A DNA stretch of 64,000 nt, taken from assembly GCA_009602735.1 (NCBI GenBank), contig WELA01002985.1, forward strand, positions 6,128 through 70,127, given 5' to 3'. Source of the DNA: Mesotaenium endlicherianum. Taxonomy: Eukaryota. Shown here piece by piece: positions 1-13,300 of this stretch. Both the position numbers and the translations under genes were made by a program. Every line of letters starts with the position of its first letter. Within the stretch, counting starts at the first letter, position 1. The notes beneath the pieces were generated by a model. That model did not search any database and was not told the DNA's origin. It saw only the letters and a list, made by a program, of their open reading frames with translations.

Positions 1-3000
1 AAAGAAGAAGTATTCCAGATTTTCTTCAAAGAGGAGAGATGGAGATGGAGCCTTTCAAGTTCAGATTTCTCTTTTCTTATGGAGGAGAGTACTACGAAGT
101 ATATGGAGTTGAGAACTATGATGAAGACAAGCCTATGGTGTGGAAGAAGAAGCAAGGTATGAAGTTGGTGCAAGAGGGCTAGTGCAAGAAATGTCTCCCA
201 CTTGAAGCGTGTGTGCCATTAGTTGTGTGATGGCATAGTTAAGGGGCAGATTTTGGTGCATCTATGGAAGCTCTTCATGTGAAAGTAGAGCACCAAGGCA
301 AGCTGGGTTTAGTAGTAAGAAGTGTCATTGGGGTGACCAAGGCTAGAGTGCAATCAAGAAGCTAAGCATGTGGAAGGAGTTGCACAAAGAGAGTAGCCTA
401 TCCTCTAGTGCTTTAGTGCACGGGTCAAGTAAAGACCAAGGAGGAGTATGGTCAAGTGAGGATAGTAAAATAGGTGGAGGTAGATATGACCACAAGTAGC
501 TATCTTCAGCGCGCTAGCAAAGAAGCGACGCGGGAAGGTGAAGGTGAAGGAGAAGCGCTTGTTTTGGTGACCTTGGCCCGGTCATCTCACGAAGCAAGCA
601 TGCCTCCTAACAACCTTGGCGAGCGCGCATCGCTGGTGGAGCAAGTAGAGGTGTATGATCCCCTTGCTCATATATAGAGCAGAACCCCAATTGCTCAAAT
701 GGAGGAGCTCCTAGAAAGTGAGCTCAAGAGAAGCCCGCTTGCAAGACAAAGTGAGTGCGAGCACAAGATGAGGTGCAAGCACTAAGACTATGTGCGTATG
801 CCCAAGTTATGGAGTTCTTGGAGGTAATCCAGGTGTGTTTCTTGGAGCCTGGTGCAAAGGCTTACCTTCAAGGAGAAGCAGGAGTATGTGGGAGTGAGCA
901 TCTAGCCAAGGAGAAGACTATGATGGAGTTTGGTGCACCACGAGCGAGACTACGCGCTCATGCCTTGTGAAGATTATTATCGTCGCTTGATGGAGACTAC
1001 GACTTCATGGATATGGACCTATGAGGAGGAGACCAAGTGTTATGGGACTGATATGTCCTGCCTAAGATTGAGATATATGACAAAGACCTGGACATGAAGC
1101 TAGGAGAATCAGCCCCTATACAAGCAAGCACGAGAGAGGCGTAAAATCTGGACTTGGACACTCGAGTGGTAAGCGCCTTACCTTCATGATGAGGGGGGGG
1201 AGTGTTATAGTTGTTTATAGTGCTTGTAAGCAAGGTCAAACCAGTCCTATGAGTTCAGTTGTAACTAAGAGATGTGAAGTGGAAAGAAGTTTGAGAGCAA
1301 GAGCTTGGAAGATACTCAAATCTGTCTATGTTTGAGGGTTTTACGGGTAGGCGAGCGCGAGGTTTAAAGTTGGCAGATTTTGGCTACTTTTTGCCTACTT
1401 AGGAGAGAGTGGGTAATATTTTCACTAGAAGTCCTACATGATGTGGGAGGCCTAGTATGAGGCCTGCCTTGAGTCATAGTCAAGTTTCAGAATCAGGGGT
1501 TTAAGCATGTGCCATTTGTAGGCGCGGGAGCTTTATCCATGTTGCGCGCGTCTGCGTCCTACGAGCGTGCGGCACAAAGTGACGATCTCGTTTGAGTGTT
1601 AGACTTTGATTCAGATTCTGAAATTTTGTGGAGAGGTAGTCCTATGGGTTGAGATTCAGAAAAAGTAATTTTTTTTATAAAAATATTAATTTAAGTCCTG
1701 ACAGTGCCACATGGCGGTCTGCTGGACTGCCGTGCGAGCCACATGTGTGAGGCAAGGCGCAATCTGGTATCATGGTCTTAGGCTTGGAATCAGGAGAAAC
1801 GAAGCATACCAGTGAGTTTGAAGGGGAGATATTATGTAGATTACACAACTTTCAGGCTAAAAATGTCAAAAAAAGTCAGGGGGGTGCCACTTGGCGTCTT
1901 GAGAGGTCACCACGAGTCACGCACACGAGTGAGAGAGTGCAATACCTCTACAAGGAGTATGGCTTAGAGCTAGAGGTAGCTAAGGGTACCAGAAGGTTCA
2001 GGAACATAGTGGACTTAGGTTCATGATGTAATCTGGTCAAAATTATAAGAGCACCACGAGTAAGCCACATGGCGCGACGAGGAGCTGCCACTTGTCCAAG
2101 AGGGCGAAAAATGAGTATTTTGGCGATTTGGCGGACTATTATGCCTTGGATCCAGCTTTGGAGTATGTGGAGTTGATGGAGGGAGTATGTTACAGCCCTT
2201 ATGAAGATATTGGCCTATTCCAAGACGAAGGAGTTGAAGAGAAGATGCACTTGTGAAAGGAGACGCCATGTGTGGAGACAATGTATGCGATGGAACTTTC
2301 ACTAAGTGGAGCAAGTTTGGAGAAATGAGTATCAACCTGGAGCCTGTTCAAGACCTGCAACTTGTATAATATATGTGAACATGTGTTTTTCTAGCGTATA
2401 TGTGAGCTCGATCCCTCATATTACGTCACTTATGCTTAGTATGCGCCGAGGACGTCGCATCTTGAGAAGGGGGATGATGTAAGGTTATGAAAGTGTAGTT
2501 TGTTTCTTTCTAGTATTTTATATGCATAGAGTGTGATTTTAGAAGAACTTTGGCCATTATTTCAAGTCATTTGGACAAGTATTGAGATAGTTATGAATTT
2601 TGGAAGTTTTTAGTGAGTTTTTAATGTCACAGATTCTATTTAGTGACAAGGACAGGTCCAGTGACGAAAATTTCGGTTGGAGTCCAGAAAGTAGGACATT
2701 GAAACATGAGGGTTCCAGAAAGTACGTACAATTACGTAGAGTGCCAAAGTGATCGTGGAATTTCTAGAAACTCCGTGAGGAGTTAGTGGTTTGTGTAGTA
2801 GAATATTCTAGAGTGTGATTGTGTGCGTGTGAGTGTGCTAGCTTGTCCAACTAGGCAAGGTCACCTACATGGAAGGAGCCATAGGAGAAGGTTCTGGAGG
2901 TACTTTGCTAGAGAGGACACTTAAAGTTAAAGGATAAATTGGAAGCACAAGGAAGTAGAGGGGGGCTTATTCTATTCTAGTCTAACCTTCGTATCTTGTA

Positions 3001-3299
3001 CACGAGTTTTCTTAATAAAGTGAGTTCTTTTCAACTCCTCTCTCATGTAGCCCTCTAACTCTTGCAAGGGTGGCATACCACCAGGCCACTCCACCTTGTG
3101 TATGCAACTAGGAAAGGTCCTCGTGCACGCTTCCACTCGCGGGTGAGGGTGCGTGAGTGTGCATGGGCGCACTCCCCGCACCCTTCCCCCTTTCACATGC
3201 CCTTTGACTAGTAAGGGTAACTCTTGCTACCAGTTACAACTTTCCAGACTCCAAACTAGGGTACTACTCTATTGATCACATAGGTCCTTCTCCTTGACA
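1..3299 (+). mobile_element. Heavily degenerate Ty3/gypsy element (internal remnant plus 3' LTR), related to the element at 14533-20737
   Basis: 473-700 aligns by eye with 16788-17020 (GTGGAGGTAGATAYGACCACAAGTA...GATCCCCTTGCTCA). The pre-LTR motif GAGGACGTCGCAT..GAGAAGGGGGATGA-TGTAAGG at 2448-2484 matches 19965-20001. No long ORFs remain. Confidence 0.7.
2478..3299 (+). repeat. 3' LTR of the degenerate gypsy element
   Basis: Starts TGTAAGG directly after a polypurine tract and ends CCTTGACA (imperfect terminal inverted repeat). The 5' part resembles the LTRs at 14533 and 19995. Confidence 0.65.
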
Positions 3300-3354
3300 T
3301 GTACCTAGTCTTGAATATGGCTCATGCTCTTTTATCAGAGTGGTCAGCTGACTN

Positions 3355-3632
3355 GAGTGGTCAGCTGATTGTCGAAGAATGTGTCAGCAAGCTAATCTGA
3401 GTTGACTACAGCCTGCTGTCCTCGACAAAGTCATTACATTAAATACTAATAAAATACAGCAAATTAGTTAACTGTTGCATTCACTAAATTGATACATCTA
3501 ACAATACGCTGATTCATTACACTAGCTGTGTTGTTCTTTTGATGTATAGTGAATTAACCAAAAACACTATAAAGATTACTTGCAAGTAAGAATCTTTTAT
3601 TCAGTACTAATTTGTTAAGTTACTTTATCTCA
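3355..3632 (+). repeat. Fragment (3' half) of an LTR related to the LTRs of the 7524-13804 element
   Basis: 3520-3632 resembles 13686-13804 (CTAG.TGTGTTGT...ATAAAGATTACT...TTTGKTAAGT...TCA end). 3360-3520 is an inverted homolog of ~7220-7415. Confidence 0.5.
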
Positions 3633-3861
3633 TTGACCAAGCGCAGTTCAGACAAACAAAAGATGCAATTTTGACTTAAAACCGTAATGAACGCAATTGT
3701 ATCCCTTTTTTTGTATGCGTAACACATGAAGACGCGATGACTCGCACCAAAAGGTCACGAGTTCCAAGCTTCTTGCATTGTTCTCTTCTCTTTGCTCCCT
3801 ATCGGCGCCACTGACCTACTAATAACATGAAATTATCGTCTCTTTCTAAGCAAGCTCATAG

Positions 3862-3864
<3 letters not shown>

Positions 3865-3935
<71 letters not shown>

Positions 3936-3936
3936 N

Positions 3937-3981
<45 letters not shown>
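3865..3981. repeat. (GA)n microsatellite
   Basis: Pure GA run with an N gap at 3936, so the true length is unknown. Confidence 0.95.
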
Positions 3982-3983
<2 letters not shown>

Positions 3984-4574
3984 CGCAACGTAGGTTGTCG
4001 GCAGGCGATGGGCATCGTGCAAGGGCAAGGAAGTAAGAAGCTAAACCAATGAGCGAAACGTAGCACCAAGAACGAGAAAGAGCAATAGCGATTAGCAAGG
4101 TTATGGCCGAGAGAGAGAGGGCGTATTCTCGACTTATTCTGCATTCATGACGGGCATTACGAGCACCTACACTAGAAGTAAGGAAAACAAGAAGGCACAA
4201 TCGCTTTAAGTCACCACAAATGTAGAGAATATCATCACCCTCATGAAATTGAACATACAAAGCTAACACCAGAATGGTGTTAGCTTGCGGCCTAAGGAGT
4301 GTGCCCTCACAAACTATGTTTAGCTCCTACAAAGTGAAAGGAAATACTACCTACTACGGAAGATGCATCATTGCGTCATAACGCACAAATGAAAGTGTAC
4401 TCTAGTTACGAAAGGGTACAATGCGAAGGACGAACACAAACACGTACGACTCAAGTCAAAAGGTAACCCAACTTCTCCTCACCTCTTACTTTCCCTATCT
4501 TCTAGCGAACATGGGAGCACACCCGTCGGGATCGCTTATGGTACGTAATGGTCTCGCTGTAGCAGTACAAGTTC

Positions 4575-5005
4575 CTCGAGGTACTTAGATTGCGCGCCAA
4601 TTGTACTTATACAATCTAAACCGACACTTCCGACCGCATCCGCGACGTGTTGCATGCGCTGCAACCGGCCACGTGGCAGATTGTTACACTCCTTCCCCCT
4701 ACAAGTGTGCACGTCTCGGCACTTATGCCGCGGCGGAGCGAGGGACATTGTTTTGGGATAGTGTCCTTTTTTTGTACAATCCAAAGATCGACGTACGGCC
4801 CATCGATGAGTTTTGCACCTCGCGGAATTTGAATCCTCGTCTCCTGCAAACAATTGCGTGTGTTCGCGCTCCGATACCATTGATACGAACAAAGAGGTAA
4901 CTCGAGGTACTCAGATCGCTCACCAATTGTACTTAACAATTGAAATTGACACTTCCGGCCGCATCTGCAACGTGTCGCACGCGCCGCAACCGGCCACGTG
5001 GCGGA
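4575..5005. repeat. Pair of diverged ~105-bp direct repeats (4575-4680 and 4901-5005)
   Basis: CTCGAGGTACT.AGAT.GC...CCAATTGTACTTA...GACACTTCCG.CCGCATC...GCAACCGGCCACGTGGC occurs twice. Confidence 0.8.
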
Positions 5006-5105
5006 TCGTTAAACTAGCCATGGACAGTAGGGGATCCTACTGGGTACTCGCGCCGACCCTGCAGGCGAGCAAACCTGAGGGTCGTCCCCCATACGTGTGG
5101 GCGGC

Positions 5106-5435
5106 AACACCACGTGTGGAGGTAGAGAAAGAGCGCGTGATCTGGGGGGAGCCTCATAGCTGCTCAACAGCAGATCCTCCTAAGCAGAATATGGGTCCCA
5201 GTGTTCACCACCACTGCCCACAGTCTAGAACCTCCTCACCTACCACTCTAACCCGACTAATCATTAAGACCACGTGTAGGCGGTAACACCACGTGTGGAG
5301 GTAGAGAAAGAGCGCGTGATCTGGGGGGAGCCTCACAGCTGCTCAACAGCAGATCCTCCTGAGCAGACTATGGGTCCCAGTGTTCACCACCACTGCCCAC
5401 AGTCTAGACCCTCCTCACCTACCACCCTAACCCAA
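5106..5435. repeat. Tandem duplication, 179-bp period, ~2 copies
   Basis: AACACCACGTGTGGAGGTAGAGAAAGAGCGCGTGATCTGGGGGGAGCCTCA starts at 5106 and again at 5285; the units are near-identical. Confidence 0.9.
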
Positions 5436-5519
5436 GTAATTACTAAGACCTGACATTGACTCTCCACCCTCTTATCCTACTACTAGACATTAAACGTACT
5501 CGACAAGGACGTGCATGAC

Positions 5520-5522
<3 letters not shown>

Positions 5523-5598
<76 letters not shown>

Positions 5599-5615
5599 NG
5601 GACGTGCATGACAAA

Positions 5616-5652
<37 letters not shown>

Positions 5653-5693
5653 GAGAGAGGGAGAGAGAGAGAGGGAGAGAGAGAGAGAGAGAG
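5523..5693. repeat. (GA)n microsatellite spanning a scaffold gap
   Basis: GA runs on both sides of the N at 5599. The flank GGACGTGCATGACAAAA is repeated after the N, suggesting contig overlap. Confidence 0.9.
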
Positions 5694-7523
5694 TGGTGTC
5701 CTTTCGATACATTCCTAGTTGTAGTTTGTAATATACGGATATGCCTTACATATTTGTGCGTATTGCCCATGCGTGTTATACGTAGTTACCAAAATAATAC
5801 CTTGCAATTTGGCGTAATACGTGAGTGTCAGCGATTTAAAGTGGTTATGAATCGGTTATAGATAGGACAATTACTTTACACAAGCTTTATGGCGTACGAC
5901 TTTATAACATTACATTTTGTAGTGTGCGGGCAAAAGATATTCTACAGGCGAATCTCAAAATAGGGATACACCAATTGAGAGTATCTATTCATTTATGAAA
6001 CTAATATTTTTACAAGCTAAGGCATAATGTAGACTGTGCATTTTCTTAATAAAATTACTAAGTATGTTCACAGAAACATGTAATTTATTGAAAGAACTTC
6101 TCAAAGTAATGACTAGGAACGTAACCTAATGGAAATGGTGAACGTTACAACGCGGATTTCATGTTTGTACATGCATAGTGGCTTCCATGGGATGGTTGGA
6201 TGTCCGCTCAATGAATCTTGTACAGTTTGTCCCCGCCCTCACATATACACGCATTTAAGCGCTCTTATACGCACTCTCACAAAAGAGCTCTCGCACGCTC
6301 CTCGTGAATGCATATATGTGCAACGAAATGACCATGCACACGTCGCTCAACTGTAGGCTGAGCTTCACGACATATGTACACTCATATGCAAACTCGTCAT
6401 GCTTGCATGCAAATACGCGAGTGAGTACGCATGCATGAATGCACATCGTCATGTGTGCATAAACACCATTTCATACGCACATAAGATGTATGGGAATACA
6501 TCTTCACTCCCCCACATGAGCACGTCCAAGATTTTGTGTGGGCCCATTGTCCACGCACGCTTATCAGCACGCTTGCCGAATCAACCAGGTGCACCGACTT
6601 GTATAGCGCTCCCGTGGGAGCTGGCGGGTTACCTCGGCGACGGTGCCAGCAAGTTAACACGCTTGCATGCAAACGCATGTCAACGGCGTCTCGATTACTT
6701 CTTTGGAATTTTCGTGTCACGTGTCATGTTGGGAGCGGTTTGCCTCTGACAATGTTTGTCCCCGGGCGCAGCGCGAACGAAACCTGCCGGCGGCCTGGAT
6801 CGGCTTGGATCAGCCTGGATCCTGTTTTGGATCGTCCCGTACACGTGGGCGATAGATCGTATGGCAATTTGGGCTCAAACATGTGAATGGCTCGCGCTCT
6901 CGTACATGCATATTGTATGAAATTTTGTGACATTCAATCAGGTCTTGTGGTGTGCTTGAAAGGGGCAAAGTGCCCTACTCTCTCCCCTATTTTAAGATCT
7001 TGTTCTTTTGCTGATGAGCTTGAAGAGACTTATGGGCAGCACGTTGGTAAACTGACTTCTCCTCATATTCTCCTCTCATATTCGGAACCTGACTGTTCTC
7101 GATATATTTGCTTGTTGTTCCTGCTATGCGATCTTTTACATCCCCAAATTAGACAGCCCCCTTCCCCTCCCGTTCACACACACACGATGAAGAGACTGTG
7201 CGTGAGTGTGTACGTAGTTATAATGAATCAGTATATTGGATGACATAATATTCATTTAAATAATATAGTTAAATAAGTTCAGCCTGCTGAACTCTAGTTA
7301 ATGATCAGTCTTCTGGACTTTATATTTAATATCAGTTTAATGACTCGGCTTGAAATAGCAGGTTGAGGTCACCTTAAGTCAGCTTGCTAACACATTCTTT
7401 GACAGCCAGCTGACTTCCGTACTCGGTAGCAGCGAACTGCCTCGATATGCATCTAAGTGTGGTATGCTAGATGAATGGGCAGATGACATCCCTATGATGG
7501 ATGGCGATTCGGGATGATGGGAG

Positions 7524-7940
7524 ATGGTGGTGGATTTGGTTAACCGAGGTCCTACCAACGTGGTTAACTCCCGGGTAGGCGGTGCCATCGCACTGACCGT
7601 TGAACAGTAAACTCATTCCATGTACATATGCTAGGCATTGCTCTCGAGTTCGGCATTCGGAAACGAGGCCAACTCTCTTGTACAGCTTACTGAGAGAGAT
7701 CTGAATCCAAGGCGAGAAGCCATTGATACGCACTGTCTTCTAACCTTGCTTATGTATGAGTTTACTGATTTGCATTATTGATGCTAGTTTACTCTCATTT
7801 GACTGACGAGTATTATTCACTGCTAGTGCGCTGTCCTTTTGCCGTTAAAACAGTTAACGAAAAGTACCATTAAGACTACTCGTTGATATAAAGATCTTTA
7901 TTAATTGTTAATCGCCTATTTGGTAAGTCGATTCATTTCA
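7524..7940 (+). repeat. 5' LTR of element 1 (U3 end missing)
   Basis: Direct repeat of 13388-13804, ends TTTCA, followed by the PBS. Confidence 0.9.
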
Positions 7941-7941
7941 G

Positions 7942-7953
7942 TGGTATCGGAGC
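7942..7953 (+). promoter_or_regulatory. Primer-binding site, tRNA-iMet type (TGGTATCGGAGC)
   Basis: Lies 1 nt after the LTR end and differs at one base from the canonical plant TGGTATCAGAGC. Confidence 0.9.
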
Positions 7954-7974
7954 AGTTATCACAGTCTTCTTTGT

Positions 7975-9452
7975 ATGGTAAGGACAAGGTCTCAAACTAG
8001 CAACTCCCGAGACATGGAGAACCAGGATAACGAGAATGTCGAAAACCAGGCGGAAAGCTATGTAGCGGGAACCCGTACCTATTCGGAAGCAGTAGCAGAT
8101 ACTGCAGCTAGAGAGGCTGCAAATGAGGCAGCTGCTATTGCCGCAGTCGCAGCACAGCAAGCTCAGGAGGAGAGAGCCAGATTAGAAGCTTAACAAATAG
8201 CAAAGGCCGCTGAAGATACAGAAGGAGGGAAGGACAGCCAGCTGACGAGCGCACTGTTGAAGAACTTATGGCATCAAGGGCCAATGTTGTGAACCCACCT
8301 CCTGCTGTACAACTCAATGTACCCCTAGGTCAAATACGTGACCGGCTGAATGCGGCAGGAATTGCTGCTGCAGGAGCGAGAGGGATTGTTGAGGACATTA
8401 CTCAGCGAGTAGATGCCACTGTTGCTGCTGCATTTGCTAATCTACCACCCCAGAGTGTAGACTTGGGGGCATTGTTCGTTCAAATGCAGTTGCAAATGGC
8501 GACCATGTATCAGTCCCAACAGGAGGACAAAAGAATCATAATGTCTCTACTGCGGGACAGAGACCATCTGGGGTCTCAAACCACTAGTGGTGGAGGCCGA
8601 GGGCCTAGTAAGCCCAAGCCAAAACCTCCCCAGGACTATGATCCTGAGGGAAACAAAAAATATTACCTGATCAAGTTTCTCGCGGATGTTGAGCAGTGGC
8701 TGGAGAACTACCCAGAACTGCAAGATTACGAGAAGGTCAGGCACACCGGTGCGCTACTGAAAGGCAGTGCCGCAGACTGGTGGCTTTACTGGAAGGAAGA
8801 GCGTAAGGCTCGGCAACTCGGTGACCCTACGTGGGTAGAGTTTGTCGAGAAGTTGCATGAGAAGTTTGATGTCATCAACCAGCAGGAGAAAGCTATCTAT
8901 GCGATGATCTCCCTGACACTGAAGCAGACCACTTCAGTTGCTGAGTTTGCTCAAAAGTTCCAAGAGAACATGATGAAGCAGCCTGATTTGCCAGAACGGT
9001 ATAGGATAGCATACTTCAGGTATGGCTTGAAATCCGAGGTCTCTGGTCATTTTGCTGAGAAAAAGTATGAGAAACTGGCTGACTTGATCCAGGATGCTGA
9101 CGCCTGGGATCAGCAGCAGTTCAATCACAAGCGCCAGAGTAACGCTTTGGTGTCTAAGATTGTCAAAAAGCCCCACGGTTCCTACAATGCAGTTGAAGGA
9201 GACCAGGCTGAGGATAATCAGGGTGATGAATATGAGTATGAGTACAATGCTATTCAGTCTAGAGGTAGAGGTGGTCCCTCTCGAGGTGGCTATGGAAGGG
9301 GTGGTGGTAGGACTAAGCCGAGACCAGCCTCAGCAAAATCTACTTGCTACCATTGTCAGCAGAAAGGCCACTACAGAGAACAGTGTCCGGTCAAGCACCT
9401 GCCTAAGGTCGAGAGAAAAGACCAGCCTTTAAATGACAACAACAGTCAGTAA
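7975..9452 (+). pseudogene. gag: Gag of element 1 (frame break near 8190-8260; main ORF 8268-9452)
   Basis: Retrotransposon Gag core (LLKGSAADWW...TWVEF...LKQTTSVAEF...FRYGLK) and CCHC knuckle CYHCQQKGHYREQC. Confidence 0.9.
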
Positions 9453-12400
9453 TCCAATCTACTGACTGTGAGGATGTTAGAGATAGTGAGTCGTCACTAG
9501 CTGCCCTCGTAGCAGGTATTATGGGTCCTGCTGAACTGGATTCACTATGCATGCCTGACAACCAGATAAAGGAGACCATCAGCAATATAGACGTCCAGAG
9601 AGTGCACACTTTGGATGCTCTTGTTCCACCTGATGTCCAACATTTCTTTGCTACGTCAGGAGAACAATGCGAAAGTCAGGAAAAGACAGTCCCCCCTATC
9701 CTACTGCATTGCATGATTGCAGGTAGGAAGGTGAGGGCATTTGTTGACGGAGGGGCGTCACATACTTTTATCCACAAGGACTTAGTTAAGCGGCTAAGGC
9801 TGCCTACTGTCACCCAAGGGAATAGAAAAATATTCCTTGGAGATGCCTCAAGTATGCCGGGAGGAGTTATAACCAAGCCTATTGAGGTCCAGTTAGGTTC
9901 TGGCATTGCAGTTCTAACTGAAACGCTTACGTTTGAGGTACTCAACACTGGCTTTTATGATCTCGTGCTAGGCAGGTCCTGGCTTAATAGACATCAAGCT
10001 GAAGTGTGTTGGAGCAGAGGTACAGTTAAAGTGAGAGGAGCCAGTGATGGGCAGACTGACTTGGCACCCACCAGTGCTCTTCCTCTTGTCCTGTGTGGAT
10101 GGCAAATGAAGGAAAAGAAGAGGCTTCCAGAAGGACGAAAGTTGCTGAATGCAATGGAGTTCGTCGAAAGCTGGAACCAGAGGGAAGACAGAATGTTCTG
10201 TCTGCTGCTAAGAGAGGTACCTCCTCAACCTGAAGAAGTGGTTGAGAAAAAGGTAAGCCCTCCGGAGCACCATACTGCTGCAAAAATTGTTGCTCAGTAC
10301 ACGGATGTATTTAATATGCTTCCAGGGTTACCCCCTAAGAGGGAAGTAGATCATAGGATTGTTTTATTACCTGGGAGCCAGCCACCTTGGCAACGCACGT
10401 ATGGCTTGTCTTATGAGGAGAGCGAGGAGTTGAAAACACAGATTGAAGAGCTTGAGGAAAATGGTTATATTCCTCCCTGTAAATCACATTACGGCGCACC
10501 CATCCTATTTGTTAAGAAAAAGGATGGCAGTATGCGGATGTGTGTGGATTACAGAGCCCAGACAGAATTACAGTAAAGAACAAGTATGCTTTACCCAAGA
10601 TCGAGGACTTGCTTGATACCCTGTCTGGTGCTAAGGTGTTCAGTAAGATGGATCTCAAGAGTGGTTATCATCAAATTAGAATTGCTGAGGGGGATGAACA
10701 CAAGACTGCTTTCCGCACACGTTATGGACACTATGAGTTCAACGTGATGCCATTTGGACTGACTAATGCTCCTGCCACCTTCATGGGTGCTATGAATGAC
10801 ATTTTCAGACCTTATTTGGATAAGTTTGTGCAAGTTTTCCTGGATGATATTTTAATTTTCTCTAAAGATGAAGCTCAGCACGCTGAACACTTAAAGACAG
10901 TCCTGGACACTCTAAGAACGAATCACTTATATGCTAAAATGAGCAAGTGTGATTTCTTTAAAGACAGTATTGAATTCTTAGGCCACATTGTCCGTAAAAA
11001 GGGCATCAGCGTGGATCCTAAGAAAGTCCAGACCATAAGGGACTGGCCAGTACCACAGTTTGTCTCTGAAGTTAGATCCTTCCTCGGGTTCGCTAACTAC
11101 TATAGGAGATTTATTGAGAATTATTCCACAGAGGCCAGTAGACTGACTGACCTTACTAAGAAAGACATAGGGTATGTGTGGGGGAAAGAGCAGCAGGCTG
11201 CCTTCCAGACCCTTAAAGATGCCCTTTGTTCTGCCCCAGTGCTAGCCGTGTGTGACCCCAGCAAACCGGTGCAGGTGGTTACTGATGCCACTGACTTTGC
11301 CATGGGTGCTATTTTGTTGCAGCCTGCTGACAAAACCACAAAGGATGGTAAGGTACGGCAGGAGTGGCATCCTGTGTTGTATGAGTCTATGAAATTTAAT
11401 CCAGCGGAGATTAATTAGTCAGTGCATGATAAAGAGCTGCTAGCTATCATTCATGTACTCAAACAGTGGAGGGCATACTTACATGGTAAAGCTTTTAAGG
11501 TGATTACAGATCATCTAGCTCTGACTCACTTTCAGAAGAAGTCCAAGCTGTTGAGGAGGGAGAACCGCTGGAGCAAGATGCTGGAGCAGTTCCAAGTCCA
11601 GATCAACTACAAATCAGGGAAGTTGAATCCTGCTAATGCACTCTCTAGAAGACCTGACTTGCAAGAAAGGAACTTTAGTCAGCATGCTGTAGATAAAGTC
11701 CTGTGTGCACTCACTTCACTAAAGGTGAAAAAGTCCTTCCTTGAACAACTTAGGAAAGCCTACCTTTCTGACCCAACATTTGAGCCCAGCCCCACTACTG
11801 GTATGTGTCGTGCTACTGCACTCGGGTAAAAGCTCAAGGGAGGGGTCTGGGTGACTGAAACCACTTCAGGCAGGCTGAAGCTGGTCCTTCCTAATAACTT
11901 GGAAATAAGGTCTCTCTTACTGAGTCAAGCGCATGACAGTCTCCTGGGTGGACATTTGGGGCAGGCCAAAACTGTTGGCAAACTGGCAAAACATTATCAT
12001 TGGGAGGGGTTACCCCGGGAGGTCTTGAAATATGTCAAGTCCTGTGACCAGTGTCAGAGAAATAAGTCTCGGCACACACCACCCGGAGGTCTCTTGCAAC
12101 CGCTGCCCATCCCAGCTGGACGCTGGGAAACTATATCCGTGGACTGGGTGGTCTCACTACCAAGAACTGCCAATGGGCATGATTCAATACTGGTAGTCGT
12201 GGATAAACTGACAAAAATGGTCATTTTTATCCCCACAACTGTCAAAGTGACTGCACTCGAAACAGCGAGACAGTTCTACAACCATGTAGTATGCCAAGAT
12301 GGGCTCCCTTCTAATATCATCTCAGACAGAGACTCAAAATTCACCTCTAAGTTCTGGGAAGCTTTAATGGGGTTAGTGGGAGTCAAACAGCTGCTCAGCA

Positions 12401-13236
12401 CAGGAAACCACCCTCAGACTGATGGGCAGACTGAAAGAGCTAACCGAGTTCTGCAGGAGGTGCTGAGAGCATATATTAACCAAAAACAAGATAATTGGGA
12501 TGACCTGTTGCCTCAAATTCAGTTTGCGGTCAACAGTGCAGTGCACACGTCAACGGGCAAGACTCCTTTTGAACTCAGCCTGGGTAGAGTCCCTAAGTCT
12601 CCTTTAGATGTACTGGGAGAGTCTTTAACTGACCCTGAAGGGATTGACAACCCTGTCGCCCTCCAGTTAACTGAGGAGTTTGCTAACACCCTGTCAGAAG
12701 TGCAACAAAACCTGCACAAAGCCCAAGAAAACCAACAAAAATACGCTAATCAACACCGTCGGGAGCTGATATTTTCCAAGGGCGATTTAGTCAAACTGCA
12801 TTCTCAGCACCTGTACCTCCCTGGTGTGGTCAAGAAAAAGCTTGGCCCTGTCTGGGTCGGTCCATATTTGGTAGTGCGTCGTGTGAGTCAGAATGCTTAC
12901 AAACTAAACATGTCAGCTGAATACAAGGGTCACCCGGTCTTTAATGTCTCCTTCCTGGAACCATATATCAAAGGTGATACACTGTTCACAGGTCGGTTAC
13001 CTGTCCAACCGGGACCGGTCCCCGCTGTCCGGGACGGCGATCCTGAGGATTATGAGGTCGATGAGATTTTAGACGCTCGCTCGGTACGTCGATCGTCTAA
13101 ATATGTCATGAAGTACCTCATCCGATGGAAGGGTTACGATGCCTCTGGGGACACGTGGGAATTCAAAGACCAGCTGACCAATGCCAAAGGGGCGTTGAAA
13201 CGGTTCCACCTTCGGGCGGCTGGGGCACCGCCCTAA
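9437..13236 (+). pseudogene. pol: Pol of element 1 (protease, RT, RNase H, integrase, chromodomain) with one frameshift (~10560) and in-frame stops at 11416-18 and 11827-29
   Basis: FVDGGA protease; [12 protein letters not shown] and [22 protein letters not shown]ase H; HHCC plus SDRDSKF and QTDGQTERAN integrase; YEVDEIL...YLIRWKGY chromodomain. Confidence 0.95.
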
Positions 13237-13300
13237 CTGTCCCTTCAGTAGACATGGGAAGGTGACAGGAGGTCCTGTCTCCATATAAGTTGGAGGGGGA

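Noticed and set aside
1191..1210. Second PPT-like tract followed by TGTTATAG
   Set aside because: Could mark a nested LTR, but no partner LTR, 3' end or TSD is visible in the window.
3336..3370. Short duplications around single Ns (3354, 5599, 56127)
   Set aside because: Typical overlaps of contig ends at scaffold gaps, not biological repeats.
3827..5861. ORFs with poly-ER or poly-SL tracts
   Set aside because: Translations of (GA)n microsatellites spanning N gaps.
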